Positions 10,887-20,373 of a DNA stretch of 36,697 nt are shown here, piece by piece. The notes under the pieces were generated by a model. The model searched no databases. It was not told the DNA's origin and saw only the letters and a program-made list of their open reading frames with translations. The stretch covers positions 1-36,697 of the forward strand of contig JAYVTU010000017.1 of assembly GCA_043788485.1 (NCBI GenBank), given 5' to 3'. Source of the stretch: Planctomycetota bacterium (GTDB taxonomy: Bacteria; Planctomycetota; Phycisphaerae; Phycisphaerales; Zrk34). The first letter of the stretch is position 1. Each line of letters starts with the position of its first letter. Position numbers and translations under genes: made by a program.

Positions 10887-12029
10887 TTGGACCGCATCAA
10901 GATCGCCATTGTGGGAGTTGGAAACTGTGCCAGTTCGCTGGTGCAGGGAATCCACTATTACCGCGGCAAACGCGAGGCCGACGCCACGGGCCTGATGCAC
11001 TGGGACATCGGCGGCTACACGCCCGGTGATGTCGATGTCGTCGCGGCGTTCGACATCGATCAGCGCAAAGTCGGGCGTGATGTCAGCGAGGCGATCTTCG
11101 CACTGCCCAACTGCACCGCCGTGTTCTGCAAGTCGGTCCCCGCGGCGGGAGTCATCGTCCGCATGGGTCCGGTGCTCGACGGCGTCGCCGAGCACATGAG
11201 CGATTATGCGGCGAATCGCACATTCATCGTCGCCGACGCCACACCGCTCAATCAGGCCCAGGTCGTCAAAACGCTCCGCGACTCCGGCGCGCAGATGGTG
11301 ATCAACTACCTACCCGTCGGCTCCGAGCAGGCGACACGTTTCTACGCCGAGTGCGCACTCGAGGCGGGTATCGGGTTCATCAACTGCATCCCGGTGTTCA
11401 TCGCCAGCGACGCCGGTTGGGCCGCGCGCTTCCGCAAGGCGGGCCTGCCCATCATCGGCGACGACATCAAGGCACAGGTCGGCGCCACCATCACGCACCG
11501 CACGCTCATCGATCTCTTCCGCAAGCGCGGGGCAGTGCTCGACCGCACGTACCAGCTCAACACCGGCGGCAACACCGATTTCCTGAACATGCTCAACGCG
11601 TCGCGGCTGGAGTCCAAGAAGATTTCCAAGACCGAAGCGGCGCAATCCGTCGCAGGTGAACGCCTCGACGACGAGAACATCCACATCGGCCCCAGCGACT
11701 ACGTCGCGTGGCAGAACGACAACAAGGTCTGCTTCATCCGCATGGAAGGACGGCTCTTCGGTGACGTGCCGATGAACGTCGAGGTGCGGCTGAGCGTCGA
11801 GGATTCGCCCAACTCCGCGGGCGTGGCGATCGACGCGATCCGCTGCTGCAAGCTCGCGCTGGAGCGCGGCGTGGCCGGCCCGCTCGAAGCCCCGGCTGCG
11901 TATTTCTGCAAACACCCGCCACGCCAGTGCAGCGACGACGAGGCGCACAAGCTCGTCGAGCAGTTCATCGCCGATGGCGGCGAAAACGGCGCGGAACAGT
12001 CCGCGGTGAAGGCTGACCGCGCGGTGTGA
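10887..12029 (+). CDS. ino1: myo-Inositol-1-phosphate synthase (inositol-3-phosphate synthase), bacterial/archaeal type
   Basis: The N-terminal NAD-binding motif KIAIVGVGNCASSLVQG and the conserved core (NYLPVGSE, GDDxKxQxGAT) are present. Apparent TTG start at 10887; there is no upstream in-frame ATG. Confidence 0.85.
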   Translation: MDRIKIAIVGVGNCASSLVQGIHYYRGKREADATGLMHWDIGGYTPGDVDVVAAFDIDQRKVGRDVSEAIFALPNCTAVFCKSVPAAGVIVRMGPVLDGVAEHMSDYAANRTFIVADATPLNQAQVVKTLRDSGAQMVINYLPVGSEQATRFYAECALEAGIGFINCIPVFIASDAGWAARFRKAGLPIIGDDIKAQVGATITHRTLIDLFRKRGAVLDRTYQLNTGGNTDFLNMLNASRLESKKISKTEAAQSVAGERLDDENIHIGPSDYVAWQNDNKVCFIRMEGRLFGDVPMNVEVRLSVEDSPNSAGVAIDAIRCCKLALERGVAGPLEAPAAYFCKHPPRQCSDDEAHKLVEQFIADGGENGAEQSAVKADRAV

Positions 12030-12127
12030 ATCGGTGAGTGTTCGACGTCTTTACTTCGGCGTGCATGCATTCACATGGCGGCCTTGGCGGCCACGCCATT
12101 TGGCACCCAAACCAAAAACGCGTTCCG

Positions 12128-12490
12128 TCATTTTTCGCGGTATTCGCAGGCGGAATTGCAAGTCTCGTGCACGCGGATGCACGAGAGCAGCGGCAGGACG
12201 GGTTTGAGCTTTTCCCAGACCCATCGTGCGAGCATCTCGGCGGTGGGGTTGGCCAGGCCGGGGATCTCGTTGAGGAGGTAATGGTCGAGCTGCTGGCGGA
12301 CGGGCTCGACGGCGCGGCTGATGTCGCCATAGTCGACGAGGTAGCCTTTTTCCGGTGCGACCTCACCGGAGACGACGACGTCAACGACGAAGGAGTGGCC
12401 ATGCATGCGTCGGCACTTGTGGCCCTCGGGGAAGGTGGGGAGCCAGTGTGCGGCTTCGAAGCGGAATGATTTGGTGAGGTCAACGTGCAT
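12128..12490 (-). CDS. queD: 6-carboxy-5,6,7,8-tetrahydropterin synthase (6-pyruvoyl-tetrahydropterin synthase family)
   Basis: The 120-aa ORF has the PTPS/QueD zinc motif (FEAAHWLP...GHKCxRxHGHSF) and a catalytic Cys. Confidence 0.88.
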   Translation of the reverse strand: MHVDLTKSFRFEAAHWLPTFPEGHKCRRMHGHSFVVDVVVSGEVAPEKGYLVDYGDISRAVEPVRQQLDHYLLNEIPGLANPTAEMLARWVWEKLKPVLPLLSCIRVHETCNSACEYREK

Positions 12491-12618
12491 GGGGGGATTC
12501 GGAGTTTCAAGTTTCAGAGTTTCAAGTGGGAAGTTAAAGGCAAGTCGAGGCGGGCATTTTACGCGATTTGTGGTGCGGTGTTTTCAACTTGAAACTTGAA
12601 ACACTGAAAATGGAAACT
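12491..12618. repeat. Long imperfect hairpin between queE and queD; arms are tandem GTTTCAAG / CTTGAAAC repeats capped by G6 / C6
   Basis: GGGGGGATTCGGAGTTTCAAGTTTCAGAGTTTCAAG ... CTTGAAACTTGAAACACTGAAAATGGAAACTTCAAACCCCCC, seen directly. Confidence 0.7.
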
Positions 12619-13314
12619 TCAAACCCCCCTCGTCTGCGGGTCCCAGATGAGCTTGTGGAGCTGGGTCTGGATGCGGACGGGGAGGTTGTCGCGGAGGGTC
12701 CACTCGGCGAGGTCGCGGAGGCTCAGGCCGGTGGAGCCGGCCAGTTCCTTTCCGGGCGGGGTTTCGTGGACGGCGCTCAAGAGGATGGCGGCGACGCGGC
12801 GGTCGAGGTTGTGCTCGGCGATCACGGATTTGGCCCAGTCGTAATCCTCGGCGCTGGTGAGAACGATTTTCACTTCATCGTGCGGCGTGAGGTGGGCGAT
12901 GTTGGCCCAGAGGTTTTTTCCCGTTTCGCCGCTGCCGGGTGTTTTGAGGTCCATGATGCGGATGACGCGGGGATCGCAGAGGGAGATGTCGCAGGCGCCG
13001 GAGGTTTCGATGAGGACGGTGTAGCCGAGGTCGGCGAGGCGCGACATGAGCGGGTGGACGTTTGCCTGGAGGAGCGGCTCACCGCCGGTGATCTCGACGA
13101 GTCGGCAGGGGCCGGCGAGGCGGTGGACTTCGGCGATGATTTCATCGAGGCTTTTTTTGGAACCCTCGTGGAAGGCGTATTCGGTGTCGCAGTAGCCGCA
13201 GCGGAGGTGGCAGCCTGTGAGGCGTACGAAGACACAGGGGAGCCCGGCCCGGGTGGATTCGCCCTGGATGGAGAAGAAGATTTCATTGATCTTGAGGGAA
13301 GGGGTGCTGCTCAT
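12619..13314 (-). CDS. queE: 7-carboxy-7-deazaguanine synthase (radical SAM)
   Basis: A QueE-type cluster motif CxxxCxxC variant (LTGCHLRCGYCDTEYAF), the IFFSIQGES start and the ITGGEPL motif are present. Confidence 0.88.
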   Translation of the reverse strand: MSSTPSLKINEIFFSIQGESTRAGLPCVFVRLTGCHLRCGYCDTEYAFHEGSKKSLDEIIAEVHRLAGPCRLVEITGGEPLLQANVHPLMSRLADLGYTVLIETSGACDISLCDPRVIRIMDLKTPGSGETGKNLWANIAHLTPHDEVKIVLTSAEDYDWAKSVIAEHNLDRRVAAILLSAVHETPPGKELAGSTGLSLRDLAEWTLRDNLPVRIQTQLHKLIWDPQTRGV

Positions 13315-13323
13315 GGCGTGAAA

Positions 13324-13674
13324 TTATTTTTCATCGGAGCCGGTGGCGGGCTTGGCGGTGTCGGCGGTGGATTTGTCCGCATCGGTTGTGGATTTTTGGG
13401 CGTCCGTGTCGGATGACCGTCGTGGAGACGGGTTACTTCCCGGCAGGAAGGATGTTCGGGAATCGGGGGACTCGGTTTCGGGGCCATCCGAGGTGGCGGT
13501 GGATTCATCACTGTTGAATTCCGGCATTTCGTCCGGGGCTTCGAAGAAGACGATGAGCGCGATGGACGCCACGGCGACGCCGCCCAGTGTCAGTCCCAGC
13601 AACCAGAGTTCGCGCCGCCTTCCGGTCGTTCGTCGATAGGTTCGCCTGCCCACGTTGCCCCCAGTCTTGAACAA
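13324..13674 (-). CDS. Small hypothetical membrane-anchored protein embedded in the que cluster (Arg-rich N-terminus, one TM, Ser/Thr/Asp-rich tail)
   Basis: The ORF is packed between queC (16-nt gap) and queE (9-nt gap) on the same strand. It is low-complexity, so coding status is uncertain. Confidence 0.45.
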   Translation of the reverse strand: MFKTGGNVGRRTYRRTTGRRRELWLLGLTLGGVAVASIALIVFFEAPDEMPEFNSDESTATSDGPETESPDSRTSFLPGSNPSPRRSSDTDAQKSTTDADKSTADTAKPATGSDEK

Positions 13675-13689
13675 CGTTGGAGTCGAAAG

Positions 13690-14391
13690 TCAATCCCGCC
13701 ACAACGGATCGGACATTCCCAACTGAGCAAACGCTCTCTGCCTCAGCAGGCACGCATCGCAATGGCGGCAGGGGCCGCCGTCCGGTAGAGGATCGTAGCA
13801 TGAATGTGTCAAACTGTAATCCACGCCTAACGCGATTCCACGTTGGATTATTTCAATCTTAGGCAGGTCGATGAGGGGGGTGTGGATGGTGAGCCTGATA
13901 TGGCCCTGGACGGCGGCCTTGGTGGCGAGGTTCGCCAGTTGCTCAAAAGCAGCGATGAATTGCGGGCGGCAATCGGGGTAGCCGGAGTAATCGACAGCGT
14001 TGACACCGATGAAGAGGTCAGCGGAACCGATGACCTCGGCGAAGCCCAAGGCGTAGGCAAGGAAGATCGTGTTGCGGGCGGGGACGTAGGTCACGGGGAT
14101 GCCGCCGGCCTCGGACATCTGCGAATCGCTGCGGTCCTTGGGGACGGCGATCTGGTCGGTCAGCGCGGAGTGCTGAAAAGCCGCGGGATCGAGCTTGATG
14201 CGGCGGTGCTCGACGGCTCCGAGCGATTTGGCGACGGCGTCGGCGGCGTTGAGTTCGGCGTGGTGACGCTGACCGTAGTCGAAAGAGAGGGCGTGGCAGG
14301 CGAAGCCCTGCTGGATGGCGATGGCGAGCGTGGTGGCGCTGTCGAGGCCTCCGGAGAGGAGGATGACAGCGGGGGGCTTCTGAGGTTTCAT
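13690..14391 (-). CDS. queC: 7-cyano-7-deazaguanine synthase
   Basis: The PP-loop motif [12 protein letters not shown] and the C-terminal zinc Cys cluster (CYDPxPDGxPCxHCDAC) are present. Confidence 0.9.
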   Translation of the reverse strand: MKPQKPPAVILLSGGLDSATTLAIAIQQGFACHALSFDYGQRHHAELNAADAVAKSLGAVEHRRIKLDPAAFQHSALTDQIAVPKDRSDSQMSEAGGIPVTYVPARNTIFLAYALGFAEVIGSADLFIGVNAVDYSGYPDCRPQFIAAFEQLANLATKAAVQGHIRLTIHTPLIDLPKIEIIQRGIALGVDYSLTHSCYDPLPDGGPCRHCDACLLRQRAFAQLGMSDPLWRD

Positions 14392-14470
14392 CGGATTAGT
14401 TTAACGGATGTGCGGAGGGGTTTGCGCACGGAAAAAAGAAGATCGCGAAGCCGCAAGCGGCAAGACAAAT

Positions 14471-15925
14471 TTACTCGCCGAGGGCGTTGAGGCGGTCGCG
14501 CAGTTCCTTGACCTTGGCTTCGACGGAGGCGGCGTCGGCGGAGACGACGCCCAGCGACGCGTTGGCGAGGATCAGATTCTGGATCGCGGCGCGTTCGACG
14601 GCCTTGTCCTTGGTCTTGGCGGCGGTGGCGATCTTGTCGAGCCGCGTGATGGCTTTGCCGAGGATCGCGACGGCCTGTTCCTTGGCGTCGGCGGACTGCT
14701 TGGCGGCGTCGGTGGAGGCGGTGGTGATCGCGGGGGCTTGTGCGGGCAGAGCGGCGGTGACCGACTCGCCGATGTTCTTGAGGTGCTCGGCGTAGCCGGC
14801 CTGGATGAGCATGAGCTGACGGTAGAGGAAGCCCTGCTCGGCGAGCGCGGCGCCGGCGGTGAGGTCGGCGAGCACCTTGCCATCTTCGGGCGCGGATCGC
14901 ATGGCCTCGTCGGCGCTCTTGACGGCGGCGTCGTATTCCGCGGAAGCCTTCTTGCAGAGTTCGGCGATGTCGGCCTGTGTCTTGGTGTATTTGTCGAGGG
15001 TGGCGACGAAGCCCATGATCACGTTGCCGCTGGAGTCCTTGGTGCCGTTGATCAGCTTGTCGAGCGTGGCCTTGGATTCGTCGGCGTCGGTCTTGAGCTG
15101 GGTGATGCGTGCGTTGATGGCGGTGAGGGCGTCCTGCGTGGCCTTGAGCTGGACATTGGTGCCGTCGAGGCGGGCCTGTTCGACCTGCTGCTGCGACTGG
15201 GCGACGCTCAGGTTGGCCTGGGCGACGTCGGCCTTGGAATTGAACTGATCGGCGGCGCGGGTCGATTCGCCGACTTTGACGTAGAGGTCGTATTGGGCCT
15301 GACCCTTGGCGGCGAAGGCCTTGCGGGAGAAGTCATCAGCCTCGGCGGATTTGGCCTTCTGCGAGGCGGTGAGCTGTGTGATCTGACCTTGGAGTTCTTT
15401 GATCGTCACGCCGGCCTGCGCGGCGGAAGCGGTGAACTCCTGGGCCTTCGACTGCAACTGTTTTTCGGAGTCCTGAAGTTCAGTGAGCTGCTTGGTGAAA
15501 TCGACCTTCGCGGATTCGACACCGGCGGAGGCGGTCAAACGGATGCGCGAGCCGAGTGTGATGAGGTCGGTGGCGGCGCCGCCCTGCGACGTCCATGCAC
15601 GCTCGGCATTGCTGGAGAGCATGCGGGCCTGAGAGCTGTGGCCCTCAGCGATGAGTAGGCTGGCGGCGATCTGATTGGCGGCACGGCCGGATTTGCTGAG
15701 CGTCGTCACGTTCGCGGCGGCTTTCTGAAGCTGCTGCTGACGGTATTCGTTGATGGGTTCGGAGGTGCTGACGCGCTTGATCTCGCGCGTGTCGCTCTGG
15801 ACGCGGCCTAGATAGCCAGCGGTTTCCTCGAGCTTCTTGTCGGCCTCGGCCTGGTCGCGGCTGGCCTGCTCGGGGTTGCAGGAGGCGAGGGCGAGCAACG
15901 GGATGATGAGGAATCGGCGGGTCAC
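14471..15925 (-). CDS. Lipoprotein, predicted long coiled-coil (Ala/Gln/Lys-rich), hypothetical
   Basis: A signal peptide with lipobox LLALASC is followed by about 460 aa of heptad-like low-complexity sequence. No enzymatic motif is seen. Confidence 0.55.
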   Translation of the reverse strand: MTRRFLIIPLLALASCNPEQASRDQAEADKKLEETAGYLGRVQSDTREIKRVSTSEPINEYRQQQLQKAAANVTTLSKSGRAANQIAASLLIAEGHSSQARMLSSNAERAWTSQGGAATDLITLGSRIRLTASAGVESAKVDFTKQLTELQDSEKQLQSKAQEFTASAAQAGVTIKELQGQITQLTASQKAKSAEADDFSRKAFAAKGQAQYDLYVKVGESTRAADQFNSKADVAQANLSVAQSQQQVEQARLDGTNVQLKATQDALTAINARITQLKTDADESKATLDKLINGTKDSSGNVIMGFVATLDKYTKTQADIAELCKKASAEYDAAVKSADEAMRSAPEDGKVLADLTAGAALAEQGFLYRQLMLIQAGYAEHLKNIGESVTAALPAQAPAITTASTDAAKQSADAKEQAVAILGKAITRLDKIATAAKTKDKAVERAAIQNLILANASLGVVSADAASVEAKVKELRDRLNALGE

Positions 15926-16019
15926 TTGGAAGCTCCGCGTAGTAAACGTCGTATGGGACGAGGCCTTGCGGGTGCAAGTATATCAAGGGGCGGCGTTAGC
16001 CGCGATGTCTAGATCAGGA

Positions 16020-17399
16020 TCAGGGCGCGGGCGGTGTGGGAGCCGGCGGGGTTGCGGGAGGTGCGGGCGGTGCCGGGGTTTCGGGTGTGCCGGGGGCGGG
16101 CGGGGAGACGGGTGCATTCGGATCGGCGGGGGGTGTTGGTGCTGCGGGAGTGCCGGGGGCACCGGGGGCAGCTGGCGCCGCGCCGGGAACGGGCTTAACG
16201 GGTGGCGGGGCGGGCATCTTGTATTCGATGGGGTAGTCGTCGGGGTGTTTATAGAGCGATTTGATCCAATCCAGGATGTCGAGGTAACGCTTGTCCTCGC
16301 GATTGGAGAAGAAAGGTTTCCAGCCGCGTACATCGGGGTGGGGCGTGGTGGCATCCTTGCGGGGCAGGCCATATTGCACGAGTGCGGAGCTCTCGGGCTG
16401 GCCGGGGACGAGGAAGGGGACGCCGTTGCCCTTGGCGCGGCCGGCGAGGATCAGGTTGGTGTACGCGACCTGATCGACGGTGGCGCGCTGCGTGAACACG
16501 AAGAAGCCGGGCGTCTTGCCCTCACCGTGGCAGGCGCCGCAGTAGCGCACGAGGTACGTGGCGTTGACGCGCGTCTTGAAATTCTTGAGGTTCGCCGGCT
16601 CCTCGCGGACCTGCACCTTCTTGTAGAAGTCGCGGGCCTGGAGCTTGAAGAGGATCTTGAGCTGGTCGGCTCCGTCCATGGATAGAAGTTTGCGTTCGCC
16701 ATTGGTGCCGATGTAGTCGGCGAGGATCGGGTCCTGGCGGTACTTCTTGAGTACAGCTTCGATCACATCCTTGGTCACGTTGATGACCGGCGGCGGCTGT
16801 GAATCAATGTCCACCTCATAAACGCGGATGAGGTTCATCTCCTCGGGTGTGAGCAGACGCGGCGTCTTGCCGTCGCTCACGGGCGGCTTGTCGGTCGTCT
16901 CGGGTTTGTCGGTTGGCGGCTTGGGAGTGGTGGGTGTGGGCGTCGTCGGCGTGGTGGTCTTGGTCAACGACTTGATGCGGTCCTGCACGACGCTGCGCAG
17001 CAGGCTCGCCTGCTGATGATCGGGATGTGCCGTGAGAATGGAATCGAGCTCCGCGAGCGAGAGCTTGTACGACTCGGGCGTCTTCTGATCGTAGAGCCAG
17101 CGGGCGAGTTCAAAGTGGCCGTTGAGATCGTCATCCGCGAGCAGGTCGCGCTTCTCCTGATACTGCTCCTGGAGATTGAGCTTGTAGTGGACGCCGTCGT
17201 CCTTGATCTCGGTGCGGGGGATGGTGGCGTCGATGCCCTTGATGCGGACGGTGATGGCGGCGCTGGTCTCGGTGACGAGCTCGCCGGCGATCTGCCGACC
17301 GTCCTTGAGCGCCAGCTCGACCTCGCGCGCCGAAGCGGCGGTGGCGATGACCAAAACTAAGGCGGCCGCGCATCGGCCGATCCGCTGGGTCAAAAGCAT
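16020..17399 (-). CDS. Secreted protein with a single CXXCH (cytochrome c-like, Planctomycete-cytochrome-type) motif, a Thr/Pro linker and a Pro-rich C-terminal tail
   Basis: Start is ATG 17399 (MLLTQRIGRCAAALVLVIATAASA signal peptide). The motif RYCGACHGEGK is seen directly. The tail consists of PAPxxP repeats. Confidence 0.6.
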   Translation of the reverse strand: MLLTQRIGRCAAALVLVIATAASAREVELALKDGRQIAGELVTETSAAITVRIKGIDATIPRTEIKDDGVHYKLNLQEQYQEKRDLLADDDLNGHFELARWLYDQKTPESYKLSLAELDSILTAHPDHQQASLLRSVVQDRIKSLTKTTTPTTPTPTTPKPPTDKPETTDKPPVSDGKTPRLLTPEEMNLIRVYEVDIDSQPPPVINVTKDVIEAVLKKYRQDPILADYIGTNGERKLLSMDGADQLKILFKLQARDFYKKVQVREEPANLKNFKTRVNATYLVRYCGACHGEGKTPGFFVFTQRATVDQVAYTNLILAGRAKGNGVPFLVPGQPESSALVQYGLPRKDATTPHPDVRGWKPFFSNREDKRYLDILDWIKSLYKHPDDYPIEYKMPAPPPVKPVPGAAPAAPGAPGTPAAPTPPADPNAPVSPPAPGTPETPAPPAPPATPPAPTPPAP

Positions 17400-17574
17400 G
17401 GGCAGCTCCTTGATGTGATGCCTCGTCAGGTCCGCTTCACTATAATCGCCTCCGCGCCACGGGCAAGCCTCGCTGCCCGTGACGGTTGCAATCCTCTCCA
17501 CTTTAGACGCTCGCATCCCCTCCCCGGTTCACGTCCCCGGCCGCAATACCCCAACCCCCGCCTACGATGTGGCC

Positions 17575-17799
17575 ATGAAACGCCGCAAGCCCACACGCCA
17601 GAATGCCAGCGACAATGAGTCCGCCTACACCTGCCCCACCTGTGGCCAGAGCATCGTGATCCCGCTGGACATCTCCGCCGGCGATCAGCAGCAGTACATC
17701 GAGGACTGCCCCGTATGCTGCAACCCGAACGTGATCCACGTCGAATTCTTCGGGGGTGACGAGCCGCCGCGCATCTCGGCGGAGGCGGAATCGGTGTGA
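17575..17799 (+). CDS. Small cysteine-rich CPxCG-type zinc-finger protein
   Basis: The motifs CPTCGQ and CPVCCNP resemble the CPXCG-related zinc-finger family. ATG 17575 is preferred over the 17479 extension. Confidence 0.55.
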   Translation: MKRRKPTRQNASDNESAYTCPTCGQSIVIPLDISAGDQQQYIEDCPVCCNPNVIHVEFFGGDEPPRISAEAESV

Positions 17800-17821
17800 G
17801 CGTCACACGCGTCGCGCCGGC

Positions 17822-19903
17822 TCATTTCCAATCCGGCTCGACCTCGTGGAAGTGCGTGTGAATCCCGCGGCGGATCAGGAAGGCGAGGCGGCGGGGCTTG
17901 TCCACGCGCGCCTGGGCGAGGATCGCCTTGAGGTCCAGCGCCGACGCGGTGGGCTTCCCATCGACGCTGAGAATCGTGTCGTCGGGGTGGAGCCCGCCGA
18001 GCGCAGCCCAGCCGGCGGGTTCGACGCGCTCGATGAGCACGCCCCTCATGTCCTCGGGCAGCTTCAGGCGGACGCGGTCTTGGAACGTCATGTCGCGGGC
18101 GGCGAATTCGAAGTCGGTGTTATCAACGGCCTTGAGCTTCTCACCGGCACGCGGCGGGGCATCGAGCAGGATTGCGATCTCCATCGGCTTGCCGTCACGC
18201 AGCAGCTTGAGCTTCGCCTCCGTGCCCAGGTCGTACTTGCGCACCATCGTCGCGAAGACTTCCGAATCCTCGGGCTGCGACGCCTCGATCGGAATCCCAT
18301 CCATCGCGGTGAGAATATCGCCGACGTGCAGGCCTGCCTTCTCACCGGCGTAGCCCTGATGAACTTCCGTGATGCGCACGCCCTTGATCTCACCGAGTTT
18401 CAGCGCCTCAGCCACGTCCGTGGTGACGACCTGCGTCGTCAGCCCCGACCAGGGCTTCTTGGCCACCGCCGGCTTGTCCTTCGGCTCATCGCGGCCGATC
18501 TTGATGACCGTCAGCAGCTCCTCCGTCCGGCGATCGAAGCGGACGAGCACCGGGGTCCGCGTCGTCTTGCCCGTGGTGATCGCCTCGGTGATTTTGCGGA
18601 GCGATTCGGGATCGTCGGTCGGCTTGCCATCGACGGCGACGATGATGTCGCCTCCGTTGAGGGCGAGCTTCGCGTCGGCCATCGCGCCGCCGTTGCGCAC
18701 GGAATCGATGTACACGCCGCGCGTGTCGGGGCGGTGATTTTCCAGGGCCATGTCGCGTGTCATCGGGCGGACGGTGATGCCCCAGTCCTTGAGTTCGCTT
18801 GGCTCGCCGATCTCGCGCTGGCGGGCGACGGTGGTGATCTGCGTGGTGCAGCTTTTCCCGTTGCGCTCGTAGGCGACATCCACGGTGGAACCGATCGGCG
18901 TCGACAGCACGAGCTGATTGAAGAGCGGCCATTGCTCGGCGATGGCGACATTGATGGGGCTGCCGCGGAAATTGGTGACGAGATCCCCGGCGGTCAGACC
19001 CGCCTTCGCCGCGGGGGAATTGGGCACGACGCCGGCGACGAGCACTCCGGCCGTGCGCGAATCGCTCTTGAGCCGGGGCTGCGTCTCGAGTCCGATCCAG
19101 CTGCGGCTCACATGACCGGTGCGGATGATCTCGTCGGCGACCATGCGCGCCAGGTTCGAGGGGATCGCGCCCGAGAGATTGCCCAGGCCCATCTCGTTGA
19201 CGCCGACGATCTGGCCCTGGAGATTGACCAGCGGGCCGCCGGAGTTGCCGTGGTAGATCGCCGCGTCGTGCGCGATCCAACGGACGATCGAGCCGACGTT
19301 CTCGCCGTCGAGCATGAAGTCGCCGGCGAAGCTCTGGGGCATGATGAGCTGGGTGTTGGAGACGATCCCGCGCGTCACCGACTGGCTGACGGCGACGGGA
19401 CTGCCCATGGCCAGCACGGTGTCGCCGACGTCGAGCTTGTCGGAGTCGCCCCACTGCGCGACGGGCAGCGGGATCGTCTTGTCGCGGCGCTGGTCGAGCT
19501 TGAGCTTGAGCACCGCGATGTCGGCCAGCGGATCGGAGCCGACGAGCGTCGCCTCGATCTCCTCGCGGTCCGGCAGCGAGCAGACGATGCGCGTCGCGTC
19601 ACCGGCGACGTGATGGTTGGTCACGACGTGACCGTCCTTCGATATGATCGCGCCGGATCCTGCGGCCTGCATCCGCCGCATGCGTCCGCCTTCGGGCTCC
19701 TGGATCACCACGTAGATCCGCACGAGCGCGGGAAAAACCTTTTCCATCGCCGTGGCCACCTCGATGCGGCTCTTGGATTCCACGCCGTCGGCGTGACCGC
19801 CCACGGTCACCTCCGCGGTGCAGCCGGTGATCGCGACAACGAGACACAGGGCCGTGAGAAACGCAGCGCAACGGGGACGGCGGGCGGTGATAGGCTTGAT
19901 CAT
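17822..19903 (-). CDS. HtrA/DegP-family periplasmic serine protease with four C-terminal PDZ domains
   Basis: Trypsin-like catalytic motifs (TNHHV, DIAVLK, GNSGGPL) are followed by four GLxxGD-type PDZ units. The N-terminus is lipoprotein-like (VAITGC). Start is ATG 19903. Confidence 0.85.
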   Translation of the reverse strand: MIKPITARRPRCAAFLTALCLVVAITGCTAEVTVGGHADGVESKSRIEVATAMEKVFPALVRIYVVIQEPEGGRMRRMQAAGSGAIISKDGHVVTNHHVAGDATRIVCSLPDREEIEATLVGSDPLADIAVLKLKLDQRRDKTIPLPVAQWGDSDKLDVGDTVLAMGSPVAVSQSVTRGIVSNTQLIMPQSFAGDFMLDGENVGSIVRWIAHDAAIYHGNSGGPLVNLQGQIVGVNEMGLGNLSGAIPSNLARMVADEIIRTGHVSRSWIGLETQPRLKSDSRTAGVLVAGVVPNSPAAKAGLTAGDLVTNFRGSPINVAIAEQWPLFNQLVLSTPIGSTVDVAYERNGKSCTTQITTVARQREIGEPSELKDWGITVRPMTRDMALENHRPDTRGVYIDSVRNGGAMADAKLALNGGDIIVAVDGKPTDDPESLRKITEAITTGKTTRTPVLVRFDRRTEELLTVIKIGRDEPKDKPAVAKKPWSGLTTQVVTTDVAEALKLGEIKGVRITEVHQGYAGEKAGLHVGDILTAMDGIPIEASQPEDSEVFATMVRKYDLGTEAKLKLLRDGKPMEIAILLDAPPRAGEKLKAVDNTDFEFAARDMTFQDRVRLKLPEDMRGVLIERVEPAGWAALGGLHPDDTILSVDGKPTASALDLKAILAQARVDKPRRLAFLIRRGIHTHFHEVEPDWK

Positions 19904-20373
19904 GGAAGTTCCGTATGAAGAGTTGGGCCTGCAATCTGGAGGGGGCACAGTTTACCCGCCCCCCGGTCCGAACGCGCGTGACCGTCGGGCCGCGCCAGTC
20001 GCTTACACGCTCACGCTCCCCCAGGGTGTCACATCATCATCACGGCGCGCACAGCCGTAACCACCCCGCGGTTCTCGCGCAAGACTTCCAGAAGAAAACT
20101 CGACCGCGATCCCACCGCGACTTACGACGAACCGGTTTCGACCCGCGGCGTTCCCGTGCGCAAAAACGTGTCGCCGGTACCCAGTGCGAGGGTGCCTTTT
20201 CAGTACCTGTTTCACAACCTCCGTGCGCGCAGACGCCAAGGCTCCGGGTCGGGTGTCCCAGTAACTCGCAACGGTGTGTCAATTGTGTCGGCCTCCCCAC
20301 GAGCCAGCCAATAAATCTTTCGCACGATGCGTTGGACGTTGCGGGTCCGTTCTCTTTGAGCGAAATTCAAAAT

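Noticed and set aside
16020-16215. The Pro/Ala/Thr-rich repeat at the 3' end of the CXXCH gene as an independent DNA tandem repeat.
   Set aside because: It is in frame and encodes a PAPxxP low-complexity protein tail. It is better explained as coding low complexity than as a non-coding repeat.
19915-20373. The N-terminal 150-aa extension of the 1452-aa ORF in the track.
   Set aside because: The extension is Arg/Ser/Pro-rich junk that starts inside the htrA start region. A clean signal peptide with a start codon begins at 20374, so the true gene starts there.
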